This document shows, piece by piece, positions 1 to 12,289 of a stretch of 64,000 bases of DNA. The position numbers and the translations under genes are program-made. Below the pieces are notes generated by a model, which saw nothing but the letters and a program-made list of their open reading frames with translations, was not told where the DNA came from and searched no databases. The stretch is from Squalus acanthias (lineage: Eukaryota). The stretch covers positions 1 to 64,000 of the forward strand of contig JASTWF010000034.1 of the NCBI GenBank assembly GCA_030390025.1, read 5' to 3'. How positions within the stretch are numbered: position 1 is the stretch's first letter; each line of letters begins with the position of its first letter.

Positions 1-37
1 TCTCTTTCTTAAATCTATTTGATTTCCAGCTCTTCCC

Positions 38-74
38 AGTTCTGATGAAAGGTCATCGACCTGAAACGTCAACT
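38..74 (+). ncRNA. Minimal type I hammerhead ribozyme (5' pseudo-LTR)
   Basis: AGTT-CTGATGA-A-AGGTC-ATC-GACCT-GAAA-CGTC-AACT: conserved core, 5-bp stem II, loopless stem III, stem I AGTT/AACT. Confidence 0.85.
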
Positions 75-209
75 CTCTTTCTCTCTCCACGGATGCTGCC
101 TGGCCTGCTGAGTTTTTCCAGCGTTTTCTGTTGTTATTTCGGATTTCCAGCATCTGCAGTATTTTGCTATCGTATTAGTGTTTGGTTCACTGCCACCTCT
201 CTTCTTGGA

Positions 210-2961
210 ATGCCTACCTTGAAGAAGTTCTGCTCTTCTCTTCGACGGGATTTCCGTTTGGCTCTTCAACCTTGTTCATCTTCATTGATTTCAGTTTCCC
301 TTCTCGTGTTTGATCAGGTATCTGCCAAGACTCGGTTTCACAGCCACATTACTTTCCTCAGCAACTGTCTCCGGTTCCGACTTATCCCACGTGGATTCCA
401 ACTAAACTTCCACCCTTCGTGTTTCGGATCCACCCAGGATTACAAATATCTCCAAGATATTCATCGTTCCTCGAACTACTGCTCTCGCCGCATCTTGAGA
501 TCCACGCTCAATGCCATGCGGCGCCACATGAACACTCTCGACATCTCTCTTCAGCAGCACCAACGCACTCTATCTCAAAGCTGTCCGGGTCCACAGTTCC
601 ATTTCATCCTTAGACTCATCCGACGCTTCAACAAAAAACTTTTCTTCTTCCTTTCCGATGTCAAGGATCGCAAGCTTCAACAACTCTTGGACACTAAAGC
701 CCCTCCGGAACCTTCTTCCCCTTCACTTTCCTCTGACCCCCCTTCTCCCAATCTCACCCCCTGCCGCGTTTTCACTATCCCCTCTGACCTTCCCCTCTCT
801 GACTCCGAACGATCAGTCCTCAGCAAAGGCCTGAGCTTCATCCCCTTACGCCCCCATCTCAATGAATTTCGAGCTCGGCACGATGCTGAGCTCTTTTTCC
901 GCCGCCTCCGTCTCCGTGCCCACTTCTCTGGCCAGGAGTCTTCCCCCCGCACGGCTGACCCTTTCTCCCGCTTTCAGAATTCTCGTTCCACCTGGACCCC
1001 TCCCTCTGGCCTCTTACCCTCTCTTGATCTTTTCATTGCTAACTGCCGCCGTGACATCGGCCAGCTCAATTTCTCTGCTCCCCTCACTCACTCCAACCTA
1101 CCTCCCTCTGAACTTGCAGCACTCCATTCTCTCCGATCCAACCCTGACATTGTCATTAAACCTGCTGACAAGGGTGGCGCTGTTGTTGTTTGGCGAACCG
1201 ACCTCTACCTAGCGGAAGTTGAACGCCAACTCTCTGACACCTCCTCCTACCTCCACCTGGACCATGACCCCACTACCGAACATCAAGCCACCGTGTCCAA
1301 GACTGTCACTGACCTCATCTCCTCTGGAGATCTTCCCCCCACGGCCGCCAACCTCATAGTTCCCCAACCCCGCACAGCCCGCTTCTACCTCCTTCCCAAG
1401 ATCCACAAACAGGACTGCCCCGGTAGACCCATCGTTTCAGCCTGTTCTTGCCCCACGGAACTTATCTCTTCCTATCTCGACTCTATTTTTTCTCCCCTTG
1501 TCCAGTCTCTTCCCACCTACATCCGCGACTCTTCCGATGCCCTCCGCCATTTTAACAGTTTCCAGTTTCCCGGCCCCAACCGTCTCCTCTTCACTATGGA
1601 CGTACAATCCCTCTACACCTCCATTCCCCACCAGGATGGCCTGAGGGCGCTCCGCTTCTTCCTTGAACAGAGGCCCAACCAGTCCCCATCCACCACCACC
1701 CTCCTCCGCCTGGCTGAACTTGTTCTCACATTGAACAACTTCTCCTTTGACTCTACCCATTTCCTCCAAATTAAAGGTGTTGCTATGGGTACCCGCATGG
1801 GTCCTAGCTATGCCTGCCTTTTCGTGGGATATGTGGAACACTCTTTGTTCCAGTCCTACTCGGGTCCCCTCCCTCACCTCTTTTTCCGGTACATTGATGA
1901 CTGTATCGGTGCCGTCTCCTGCTCTCGCCCTGAACTAGAACATTTCATTCACTATGCTTCCAATTTCCACCCTTCCCTCACCTTCACATGGTCCATCTCC
2001 GACTCTTCTCTTCCCTTCCTCGACTTCTCCATCTCCATCTCTGGGGATAGGTTATTGACTAACATTCACTACAAGCCCACCGACTCCCACAGCTACCTGG
2101 ACTACACTTCCTCCCACCCCGCCTCCTGTAAGGACTCTATTCCATTCTCCCAGTTTCTCCGTCTCCGCCGCATCTGCTCTGATGATGCCACCTTCCATAC
2201 CAGTGCTTCCGACATGTCTTCCTTTTTCCTCAACCGAGGATTCCCCTCTACCGTGGTCGACACGGCCCTCGACCGTGTCCGTTCTATCTCCCGCACATCC
2301 GCCCTCACCCCTGCCCCTCCCTCCCGGAACCACGATAGGGTTCCCCTTGTCCTCACCTTTCACCCCACCAGCCTCCACATTCAACGGATCATCCTCCGCC
2401 ATTTCCGCCACCTCCAGCGTGATCCCACCACCAAACACATCTTCCCCTCACCTCCCCTTTCAGCATTCCGCAGGGACCGCTCCCTCCGCGACACCCTAGT
2501 CCACTCCTCTACCACCCCCAGCACCCCTTCCCCTTCGCCCTGGCACCTTCCCGTGCACGCGCAGGAGATGCAACACATGCCCTTATACCTCCCCTCTTCC
2601 CACTGTCCAGGGCCCCAAACACCCCTTCCAGGTGAAACAGCGATTTACTTGTACTTCCTGCAATTTAGTATACTGTATTCGCTGCTCACGATGTGGACTC
2701 CTCTACATTGGGGAGACCAAACGCAGATTGGGTGACCGCTTTGCGGAACACCTCCGTTCAGTCCGTAAGGGGGACCCCGAGCTCCCGGTGGCCTGTCACT
2801 TTAATTCACCGCTTCACTCCCACTCTGACCTCACCGTCCTCGGCCTAATACACTGTTCCACGGAAGCTCAGCGTAAGCTCGAGGAACAGCACCTCATCTT
2901 TCGTTTAGGCACGCTACAGCCCTCTGGACTCAATATCGAGTTCAACAATTTTAGATCATAA
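210..2961 (+). CDS. Penelope RT-GIY-YIG endonuclease polyprotein with one frameshift near 2525-2540
   Basis: RT motifs IKPADKG, FYLLPKIHK, GRPIVS, DVQSLYTSIP, GVAMGTRMGPSYA and YIDD in the 45..2735 frame; likely start ATG at 210. From about 2539 the next frame reads PGTFPCTRRRCNTCPYT (Cys linker), then LVYCIRCSRCGLLYIGETKR...GLN (GIY-YIG) to the stop at 2961. Confidence 0.88.
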
Positions 2962-3237
2962 CCTCAGCTCCAATCACATTTATATTTTATTTTATCTACC
3001 CTTTTATTTGTCCCCCCCACCTTTTTTTTCCTCCTAGAAGCTGGCAGCTGTCCTTCATTCTGCCAGTAGATTTCACACTTCATTCAGCCTTAATCTGTCA
3101 CATTAACACCACCTCTAGCCTTGCATATCTCTTAATGTCTCTTAATGTCTCTTCATCTCCTCCTTTGTTCCTTTATCCCCTCCCCCTTTTCCCAGCTTTA
3201 CCCTGGCCTTAAATCTATTTGATTTCCAGCTCTTCCC

Positions 3238-3274
3238 AGTTCTGATGAAAGGTCATCGACCTGAAACGTCAACT
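3238..3274 (+). ncRNA. Minimal type I hammerhead ribozyme (3' pseudo-LTR)
   Basis: Identical to 38-74. Confidence 0.85.
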
Positions 3275-3338
3275 CTCTTTCTCTCTCCACGGATGCTGCC
3301 TGGCCTGCTGAGTTTTTCCAGCGTTTTCTGTTGTTATT

Positions 3339-3752
3339 CCGCTCACTCTCTATTGGTCGGAAGCTCCCGTCAATCAGGCCGTGGGCCCTGGTCACGTGTC
3401 CCCGAGGAGATCACGTGCTCCGTCCAACTGACTCCGCTCGGTCCGGGGCCTCGCGGACTCTCAGGTTTTTCTATTTCTCTTTATTCTCTCCCTATCCACT
3501 CCTCCCCCCACCCCGCGCGATTCATCACCCAATCGGAGCGGAGAAAACTCACTTTGCGTCACCGATCGCGACTCTGTAACCGACACAAAGGCCTTTCCCC
3601 GGAATGCCTCGCGCCGACTCCGATCGGCAGGATCCGACCGCGCAGGCGCAGCTCCGAGTGGGGGAGGGTTTGGTGTCCTCTGGGCATGCGCCGTTGTTGC
3701 CCTTGGTGACCGGGAGGGGTCGCTGTGTCGCCGCTCCGTGTGCGCATGCGCC
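3339..3752 (+). promoter_or_regulatory. GC-rich promoter module, truncated on the left by the Penelope element
   Basis: ATTGG (CCAAT), two CACGTG E-boxes and GCGCATGCG (NRF1-like). Paralogous to 12290-12790 and 34940-35580. Confidence 0.6.
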
Positions 3753-4930
3753 TTATCTACCTGGCCCGCACCCTTCAGGGATCTGTGGACATGCTCTCCA
3801 AGGTCCCTCTGATCTTCTGCACTTCTCAGTGTCCGACCATTTATAGTGTATTCCCAAGTCTTGTTAGACCTCCCCAAGTGCATTACCTCACACTTCTCCA
3901 GATTGAATTCCATTTCCCACTTGTCTGCCCACCTGACCAGTCCATTGATATCTTCCTGCAGTCTGCAGCTTTCTTCTTCATTATCAACCACACGGCCAAT
4001 TTTTGTGTCATCTGCAAACTTCTTAATCATACTTCTTACATTCAAGTCCAAATCATTGATATATACCACAAAAAGCAAAGATCCCAGTACTGAGCCCTGC
4101 GGAAACCCACTGGAAACAACCTTCCAGTCACAAAGATACCCTTCGACCATTACCCTTTGTTTCCTGCCTCTGAGACAATTTTGGATCCAACTTACCACTT
4201 TGCCTTGGATCCCATGGGCTTTTACTTTCGTGACCAGAATCAAAAGCCTTGCTAAAATCAATATAGACTACATCAAACGCACTACCCTCATCGACCCTCC
4301 TTGTTACCTCCCCATAAAATTCAATCAAGTTAGTCAGACACGACCTTCCCTTAACAAATCCATGCTGACTGTCCCTGATTAATCCGTGTCTTTCTAAATG
4401 AAGATTTATCCTGTCCTTCAGAACTTTTTCCAATAATTTTCCCACCACCGAGGTTAGGCTGACTGGCCTGTAATTACTTGGTCTATCCCTTTCTCCATTT
4501 TTAAACAACGGTACCACGTTAGCAGTTCTCCAGTCCTCTGGCACCACACCTGTAGCCAGAGAGGATTAGAAAATGATGGTCAGAGCCTCTGCTATTTCCT
4601 CTCTTACCAGTCTGGGATACATTTCATCCAGGTGATTTCTCCACTTTCAAAGATGCTAAACCTCTTAATACTTCCTCTTTCACTATGTTTATTTCATCTA
4701 ATATTTCACACTCTTCCTCCCTGATTGCAATGTCTGCATCGTCCCTCTTGTGAAAACAGACGTAAAGTATTCATTAAGAACCATACCCATGTCTTCCACT
4801 TCCACACACAGGTTACCTTTATAGTCCCTAATAGGCTCCACTCTTACTTTAGTTATCCTCTTGCTCTTAATGTATTTATAAAACATCTTTGGGTTTTCCT
4901 TGCCAATATTTTTTCATGTCCTCTCATTGC
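3753..4930 (-). mobile_element. CR1 LINE ORF2 fragment
   Basis: Minus-strand ORFs with [31 protein letters not shown] and KFADDTK. Confidence 0.88.
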
Positions 4931-4932
4931 GT

Positions 4933-5168
4933 TGCTTTTCTTCTTCGAAATACTGCCATCGGATCTTTGACGTCCACCTGAGAGAGCAGACGGGACCTCG
5001 GTTTAACGTCTACTCCAAAAAACAGCACCTCCGACAGTGCCACACTCCCTCAGCACTGCACTGGAGCGTCAGCCTAGATTTTTGTGTTCAAGTCTCTGGG
5101 GTGGGACTTGAACCCACAACTTTCTGACTCAGAGGCGAGAGTGCTACCCACTGAGCCACTGGCTGACA
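4933..5168 (-). mobile_element. tRNA-derived DeuSINE (SacSINE1-like), 5' part
   Basis: A box TGGCTCAGTGG and B box GGTTCAAGTCC on the minus strand; same family as 11634-12077 and 34522-34937. Confidence 0.75.
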
Positions 5169-5177
5169 CTAAAGGAC

Positions 5178-5281
5178 GAACAGTTCTGACGAAAGGTCAT
5201 CGACCTGAAACGTTAACTCTGTTTCTGTCTCCACAGATGCTGCCTGACCTGCTGAGTATTTCCAGCATTTACTGTTTTTAT
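5178..5281 (+). mobile_element. Solo Penelope pseudo-LTR fragment with hammerhead (5182-5218)
   Basis: AGTT-CTGACGA-A-AGGTC-ATC-GACCT-GAAA-CGTT-AACT followed by sequence similar to 75-138. Confidence 0.82.
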
Positions 5282-5289
5282 TAAAGAAA

Positions 5290-5610
5290 CGAGGGAGTGA
5301 TTGCTGACAGGAAGAATGTTGGGTAGTCCTGCGCATGCGCACCTCCCTGGCAGATGAGGCGAAACACCGACTCGCCCCCACCTGAGCCGCGCACGTGTAC
5401 CAGATGTTGCGGCTCCGCATGCGCGTCCGATGTTCCAACCGCGGGGTTTTGTGCGCTGAGCATGCGCGTTGTGGACCGATCGGGACGGGCGATTGTGGAG
5501 CAGGAGGGAGAGCGCGGGGGCCATGAGCACATGGGCGGGACTCAGAGTCAACAGAGCGCTTTCTGGAGCGCCGGGGCTTGTGGGTATTGCAGCCGCCATT
5601 ACTGCTGATC
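5290..5610 (+). promoter_or_regulatory. ZNF-A CpG-rich promoter / first exon
   Basis: GCGCATGCGC at 5331 and further CATGCGC motifs (NRF1-like); GCCGCCATT at about 5592 (YY1-like). Confidence 0.6.
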
Positions 5611-5730
5611 CTTTCAACCAACCTGTGCAGCAGCTGGAGCCTGAAAATCAGCTTCACTGCCCCTCGGCTGGGAAAGGGGAAAATTAAACAACAGTTTGCT
5701 TCTGATCCTTTTCTGAACTCGATTTACAGG

Positions 5731-6551
5731 GTTATAGAAGTGGAGCAGTTACAGGCGGGAAGCTCAGACCAAACATCACGTCAAGATCTGACAGAGTCGC
5801 TCGATTCATCCGGACCTGAATATCATCGGTCTTTGCACAGGGAAGGAGAAAGCAGCGGTCGCAGCGATGACAAACCGCACACGTGTTCGGTGTGTGGACG
5901 CGGATTCAGCCGATCGCCTGACCTGGCGAGACACATGCACCGTCACACCGGGGAGAAACCGGGTAAAGGTGGGGACGGTGGGAAGGGATTCAGTTCCCCG
6001 TCTGCACTAGAAGTTCAACGGCGCAGTCACACCAGGACAGTCCGTTCACCCGCTCCGTGTGTGGAAAGGGATTTGTTTGTTCATCCCACCTGCAAATACA
6101 CCAGCTTGTTCACACTGATGACAGGCCGTTTACGTGTTCTGACTGTGGGAATAGCTTTAAATGCTCTGGGGATCTGAAGCGACACCAGCTTGTTCACACT
6201 GCGGAGAGGCTGTTCACTTGCTCTGTGTGTGGGAAGGGATTCTTGCAGTCCTCCACCCTGCTGACACACCAGCTTGTTCACACTGACGAGAGATCCTTTA
6301 AATGTTCTGACTGTGGGAGGAGCTTTAAAAGCTCTGGGGATCTGAAGAGACACCGGCTCCTTCACACTGGGGAGAGGCCGTTCACCTGCTCCGATTGTGG
6401 GAAAGGATTCACTGAGTCATCCACCCTCCTGTCACACCAGCTTGTTCACACTGACAAGAGACCCTTTAAATGTTCGGACTGTGGGAAGAGCTATAAAAGC
6501 TCTAAGAACCTTAAGAGACACCAGCGTCTTCACACTGATCATAGAATCTAA
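5731..6551 (+). pseudogene. ZNF-A: C2H2 zinc-finger gene, about 8 finger units, frameshift near 6035
   Basis: Acceptor TTTACAG at 5724-5730; GPEYHR leader; ORFs 5578..6177 and 6057..6551 with TGERPF/TDERPF linkers. One nt is missing relative to paralog ZNF-B. Confidence 0.8.
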
Positions 6552-9135
6552 CAGCACAGAAGGAGGTGATTCGGCCCATCGTGTCTGTGCCGGCTCTTTG
6601 AAAGAGCTGTCCAATTTAGTCCCAAACCCCAGCTTTATCCCCAGAACTTTGCAAACTAGTCCTCTTCAAGTACACGTCCAATCACCGTTTGAAAGTTCAT
6701 AGAAACATAGAAGATAGGAGCAGGAGTAGGCCATTCAGCCCCTCGAGCCTGCTCTGCCATTCAATGAGATCATGGCTGATCATCCAAATTCAGTACCCTG
6801 TCCCTGCCTTCTCTCCATATCCCTTGATCCCTTTAGTTTTAAGAAATATATCTATCTCCTTCTTGAATATATTTAGTGAATTGGCCTCAACTGCCTTCTG
6901 TGGTAGAGAATTCCACAGGTTCACCACTCTCTGGGTGAAGAAATTCCTCCTCATCTCAGTCCTAGGGCAACACGGTGGCATAGTGGTTAGCACTGTTGCC
7001 TCACAGCGCTAGGAACCCGGGTTCGAATCCAGCCTTGGGTGACTGTCTGTGTGGAGTTTGCACCTTCTCCCCGTGTCTGCGTGGGTTTGCTCCAGTTTCC
7101 TCCCACAGTCCAAAGATGTGCGGGTTGATTTGGCTATGATAAATTGACCCTTAGTGTTAGGGGGGATTAAATACGTGGGGTTACGGGGATAGGGTGGGAT
7201 ATGTGTCGGTGCAGGCTCGATGGGCCGAAATGGCCTCTATCTGCACTGTGGGGATTCTGTGATAAATGGCTTACCCCTTATCCTTAGACTGTGACCACTG
7301 GGTCTGGACTCCCTGGCCATCGGGAACATCCTTCCTGCATCTAGTCTGTCTAGTCCTGTTAGAATTTTATAAGTTTCAATGAGATCCCCTCTCATTCTTC
7401 TAAACTCCAGTGAGTACAAGCCCAATCGACCCAATCTCCTGTGGAACCTGATTCCAGCATCCTTTCAGATGGTGCGTTCCAGATCTCAACAACCCTCTGA
7501 GTGAAAACAATTCTCCTCATTCACCTCTAGTTCTTTTAGCAACTATTTTAAATCTGTGACCTTTGGTTACCGACCCACTTGCCAGAGTGAACAGTTTCTC
7601 CCTACTTGCTTGATCAAAACCCCTCATCATTTTGAACACCTCTATTAGGTCTCCTCTTAACCTTCTCTGCTCTAAGGGGAACAATCCCAGCTTCTCCAAT
7701 CTCTCCACATAACTGAAGTCCCTCATCCCTGGTACCATCCTGGTCAACCTCCTCTGCACCTTCTCCAAGGCCTTGACATCCTTCCTAAAGTGTGGTGCCC
7801 AGAACTGTACACAAGACTCCAGCTGAGGCCAAAACCCTGCAGCAACACAAAACCCTGGTTAGACCACACCTGGAGTACTGTGAGCAGTTCTGGGCATCAC
7901 ACCTTAGGAAGGATATATTGGCCTTGGAGGGAGTGCAGCGCAGGTTTACCAGAATGATACCCGGACTTCAAGGGTTAAGTTACGGGGAGAGATTACACAA
8001 ATTAGGGTTGTGTTCCCTAGAATTTAGAAGGTTAAGGTGTGATCTGATCGAAGTTTTCAGGATATTAAGGGGAACAGATAGGGTAGATAGAGAGAAACTA
8101 TTTCCGCTGGTTGGGGATTCTAGGACTCGGGAGCATAGTCTAAAAATTAGAGCCAGACCTTTCAGGAGTGAAATTAGGAAACACTTCTACACACAAAGGG
8201 TGGTAGAAGTTTGGAACTCTCTTCCGCAAACGGCAATTGATGCGAGATCAATTGTTAATTTTAAATCTGAGATTGATAGGTTTTTGTTACCCAAAGGTAT
8301 TAAGGGATATGGGCCAAAGGCGGGTGTATGGAGTTAGGTCACAGATCAGCCATGATCTCATTGAATGGCGGAACAGGCTCGAGGGGCTGAATGGCCTCCT
8401 CCTGTCCTATGTTCCTAACTAGTGATTTGTAAAGGTTTAGTGTAACTTCCTTGTTTTTGTATTCAATGGCCCTATTTACAAAGCCAAGTATCCCATACGC
8501 TTTCTGAACCGCCTCACCAACTTGCCGTGGCACTTTCAAAGATTTGTGAATATGGACCCCCAGGTCCCTCTGCTCTTGCACCCCCTCAAAATAGTCCCAT
8601 TTAGATTATACGGCCTCTCCCTGTTGTTTCTCCCAAAGTGCATCACTTCACACTTATCCTCATTTAATTTCATCTGCCTTGTGTCTGCTCATTTCACAGT
8701 CTGTCTCTGTCCTCTGAAGTCTGCTACTACTATGCTCACTATTTACTACGTTGCCAAGTTTTGTATCATCTGTAAACTTCAAACTTGTACACCTATACCC
8801 AAGTCCAGGTCAGTTATATATAACAAGAAAAGCAATGGTCCTAATCCCGACCCCTGGGGGAACCCACTGCATACTTCCCTCCAGTCAGAAAAACATCCCT
8901 CAGCACTGCTCACTGTCTCCTCTCCCTTAGCCAATTATATACCCAAATTACCATCAGCCCTTTAATTCCCTGTGCTTCTATTTTCCGAGGAAGTCTCTTA
9001 TGTGGTACTTTATCAAATGCCTTGTGAAAGTCCATATAAACAACATCTGCTGCACTACCTTCATCAACACTCTGTTACTTCATCAAAGAACTCAATCAGG
9101 TTAGTCAGACATGATTTACCTTTAACAAATCCATA
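6540..9135. mobile_element. Nested CR1 3' fragments in both orientations
   Basis: ORF2 C-terminal motifs (RPHLEYC, RRLRGDL, FFTQRVV..WNSLP) and CATAGAA tails. 6699-7437 is absent from the duplicated copy at about 32575. Confidence 0.82.
6964..7262 (+). mobile_element. V-SINE (HE1-like)
   Basis: tRNA-like head GGTGGCATAGTGG...GGTTCGAATCC and central GTGGAGTTTGCA..TTCTCCCCGTGTCTGCGTGGGTTT; inserted in a CR1. Confidence 0.8.
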
Positions 9136-10853
9136 GTGCCCGCCGAGGCACTAAAGCATGGCGGAGAAGCACTACTGGCGCGAATTCATTGACTCATTTC
9201 TCTTATCTGGAAGGAGGAGAGCATGCCAGGGGATCTCAGAGATGCCGTAATTGTGACCATCTTCAAGAAAGGTGAAAAGTCCGATTGCGGTAATTACAGA
9301 GGAGTTTCCCTGCTGTCTGCCACAGGGAAAGTCATTGCAAGAATCCTCCTCAATTGCCTTCTCCCAGTGGCCAAAGAGCTCCTCCCAGAGTCGCAATGCG
9401 GATTCCGACCACTAAGGGGCACAATGGACATGATCTTCACCGCACGTCAATTACAAGAGAAATGCAGGGAACAGCACCAACCACTGTACATGGCCTTCTT
9501 TGATCTCACAAAGGCCTTCGACACTGTTAACCGTGAGGGATTATGGAGTGTCCTCCTCAAATTCGGCTGCCCTCAAAAGTTTGTCACCATCCTCCACCTG
9601 CTTCACGACGACATGCAAGCCATGATCCTGACCAACGGTTCCACCACAGACCCAATTCACGTACGACCCGGGGTCAAGCAAGGCTGTGTCATCACACCAA
9701 CGCTATTCTCGATCTTCCTGGCTGCAATGCTCCATCTCACCCTCAGTAAGCTCCCCACTGGAGTGGAGCTAATTTACAGAACAAACGGGAAACTGTTCAA
9801 CCTCCGTTGCCTCCAGTCCAGATCCAAGGTTGTCCCATCCTCTGTCGTCGAATTACAGTATGCAGACGACACTTGCGTCTGCGCTCACTCAGAGGTCGAA
9901 CTCCAAACCATCGTCAACATCTTCACCGAAGCATACGAGAGCATGGGCCTTACACTAAACATCCGTAAGACAAAGGTCCTCTAACAATCTGCCCCCGCCA
10001 CACAGTACTGCCCCCCGATTATTAAAATCCATGACAAGGCCTTGGACAATGTGGACCACTTTCCATACCTCGGGAGCCTACTGTCAACAAGGGCAGACGT
10101 CGATGACGACGTCCAACACCGCCTTCAGTGTGCCAGTGCAGCCTTCGGTCGTCTGAGGAAGAGAGTGTTTGAAGACCAGGACCTCAAACCCAGCACTAAG
10201 CTCATGGTCTACAGAGCAGCACTGATACCCGCCCTGCTGTGTGCCTCAGAGACATGGACCATGTACAGCAGGCACCTGAAAGCACTGGAGAGGTACCTCT
10301 GCAAGATCCTGCAAATCCATTGGCAGGATAGGCGCACCAACGTCAGTGTTCTCGCTCAGGCCAACATCCTCAGCATCGAAGCTTTGCCCACACTCGATCA
10401 GCTCCGATGGACGGGTCACATCGTCCGCATGCCCGATACAAGACTCCCAAAACAAGCGCTCCACTCGGAGCTCTGGCACAGCAAGAGAGCCCCAGGTGGG
10501 CAGAGGAAATGCTTCAAGGACACCCTCAAAGCCTCCTTGAAAAAGTGCAACATCCCCACTGACACCTGGGAATCCCTGGCCCAAGACCGCACAAAGTGAA
10601 GGAGAAGCATCCGCGAAAGTGCCAAACACCTCGAGTCTCTTCGCCAGGAGCAAGCGGAGCCAAGCGCAAGGCGCGGAAGGAGCGCACGTCAACCCAAGCA
10701 CTCCACCCACCCGCCCCTTCAAGCACCGTCTGCCCCACCTGTGACAGAGACTGTAGGTCCCGCATTGGACTCCTCAGTCACCTGAGAACTCATTTTTAAT
10801 GTGGAAGCAAGTCATCCTCGGTTCCCAGGGACTGCCTAAGAAGAAGAAGAAGA
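9136..10853 (+). mobile_element. RTE-clade LINE, 5'-truncated
   Basis: NYRGVSLL, LPESQCGFR, FFDLTKAFD, GVKQGC, YADD, QLRWTGHIVRM; C-terminal CPTC..H..H; (AAG)n tail; several stops. Confidence 0.88.
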
Positions 10854-11630
10854 CTGGCTATCCCTTATTAACCCATGCTTCTCCAAGTGAGAATAAATTT
10901 TGTCCTTGACAATGGTCTCTAGTCGTTCACCCATCACTGACATTAGACTGATTGGCCTGTAGTTACCAGGTTTATCACTCCCATTTTTTAAACAGGGGTG
11001 TAACATTTGCAATCCTCCAGTCTTCTGGCACCACTCCCATATATCTGAGGGAGATTGAAAGATTGTGGTCAGAGCTTCTGCTGTCTCCACCCTAGCTTCC
11101 CTCAACAATCTAGGATGATCCCATCTGGACCGGGTGACTTGTTAACTTTGAGTGATGACAACCTATTGAGCACCTCCTTTCTATCCATTTTTATCCTATG
11201 CAATTTCTCTACTCCCCCTCCTCTACTGCGACATTAACTTCATCCTCTTCTTTCGTGAAGACAGATGCTAAGTACTCATTCATACCTCAGCCATGCACTC
11301 TGCCTCCGTATGATGAGCTCCTATTTGGTCCCTAATCGGCCTCACCATTCCTTTAACTATCCTTTTACTTTTCATGTTTATAGAAGATTTTTGGGATCCC
11401 TTATATGTTACCCGCTAATCCTTTCTTGTATTCTCTCCCTTCATCCTTCATCAATTTCCCCCACACTCTCTGTATTCTCCTGGTTTTTGACTGTATTCTC
11501 CTGGTTTTTGACTGTATTCTGTACCTGACATTTGTCGTAAAACTCCCTTTTTCTGTTTTATTTTAACCTCTATATCCTTTGAAATCCAGGGAGCTCCAGC
11601 TTTGGATGCCCCATCTTGCCTCCGTATGGG
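10854..11630 (-). mobile_element. CR1 LINE fragment, continuing the copy interrupted by the RTE
   Basis: NYRPISL motif; joins the CR1 sequence ending near 9135. Confidence 0.72.
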
Positions 11631-11633
11631 AAT

Positions 11634-12077
11634 ATGAAAGACTTGCATTTATATAGCGCCTTTCACCACCACTGGACGTCTCAAAGCGCTTTACAGCCAA
11701 TGAAGTACTTTTTGAAGTAGAGTCACTGTTGTAATGTGGGAAATGTGGCAGCCAATTTGCGCTCAGCAAGCTCCCACAAACAGCAATGTGTTAATGACCA
11801 GATAATCTGTTTTTGTTCTGTTGATTGATGGATAAATATTGACCAGGACACCAGGGATAACTCCCCTGCTCTTCTTCAAAATAGTGCCATGGGATCTTTT
11901 ACATCCACCTGAGAGAGCAGACGGGGCCTCGGTTTAACATCTCATCCTAAAGATGGCACCTCTGACAGTGCAGCACTCTCTCAGCACTGCACTGGAGTGT
12001 CAGCCTAGATTTATGTGCTCATAAATCCACAACCTTCTGACTCAGAGAGAGTGCGACCAACTGAGCCACAGTTGACA
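11634..12077 (-). mobile_element. DeuSINE (SacSINE1-like), near full length
   Basis: tRNA-like head, conserved central domain and GAAAGGCGCTATATAAATGCAAGTC tail. Confidence 0.78.
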
Positions 12078-12289
12078 TATGCTTGGTTTATACCCGGTGT
12101 CAAATTTTGTTTTATAACACTCCCGTAAGCTGTTGGGACGTTTTACTACGTTAAAGACGCTATTTAAATACAAATTGTTATTGTCTGAAACTAACAAATA
12201 GCCCAGAGGGAATAACTCCCAAATATAAAATATTTTGTTCCACAGAAGCACGAGGTTTATCTGCTTTTATTCATGAATTTAAAAGTCTG

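Larger units (their letters stand above)
8..3338 (+). mobile_element. Penelope-like retroelement (probably Neptune-type), near full length, with direct pseudo-LTRs
   Basis: Identical direct repeats at 8-138 and 3208-3338 flank an RT plus GIY-YIG coding region. Each repeat contains a hammerhead core. Confidence 0.93.

Noticed and set aside
45..209. N-terminal extension of the Penelope ORF from ATG 45
   Set aside because: That ATG lies within the hammerhead core, upstream of the predicted cleavage site; 210 is the more plausible start.
6964..7040. tRNA genes at the A/B-box sequences
   Set aside because: They are SINE heads that continue into SINE bodies.
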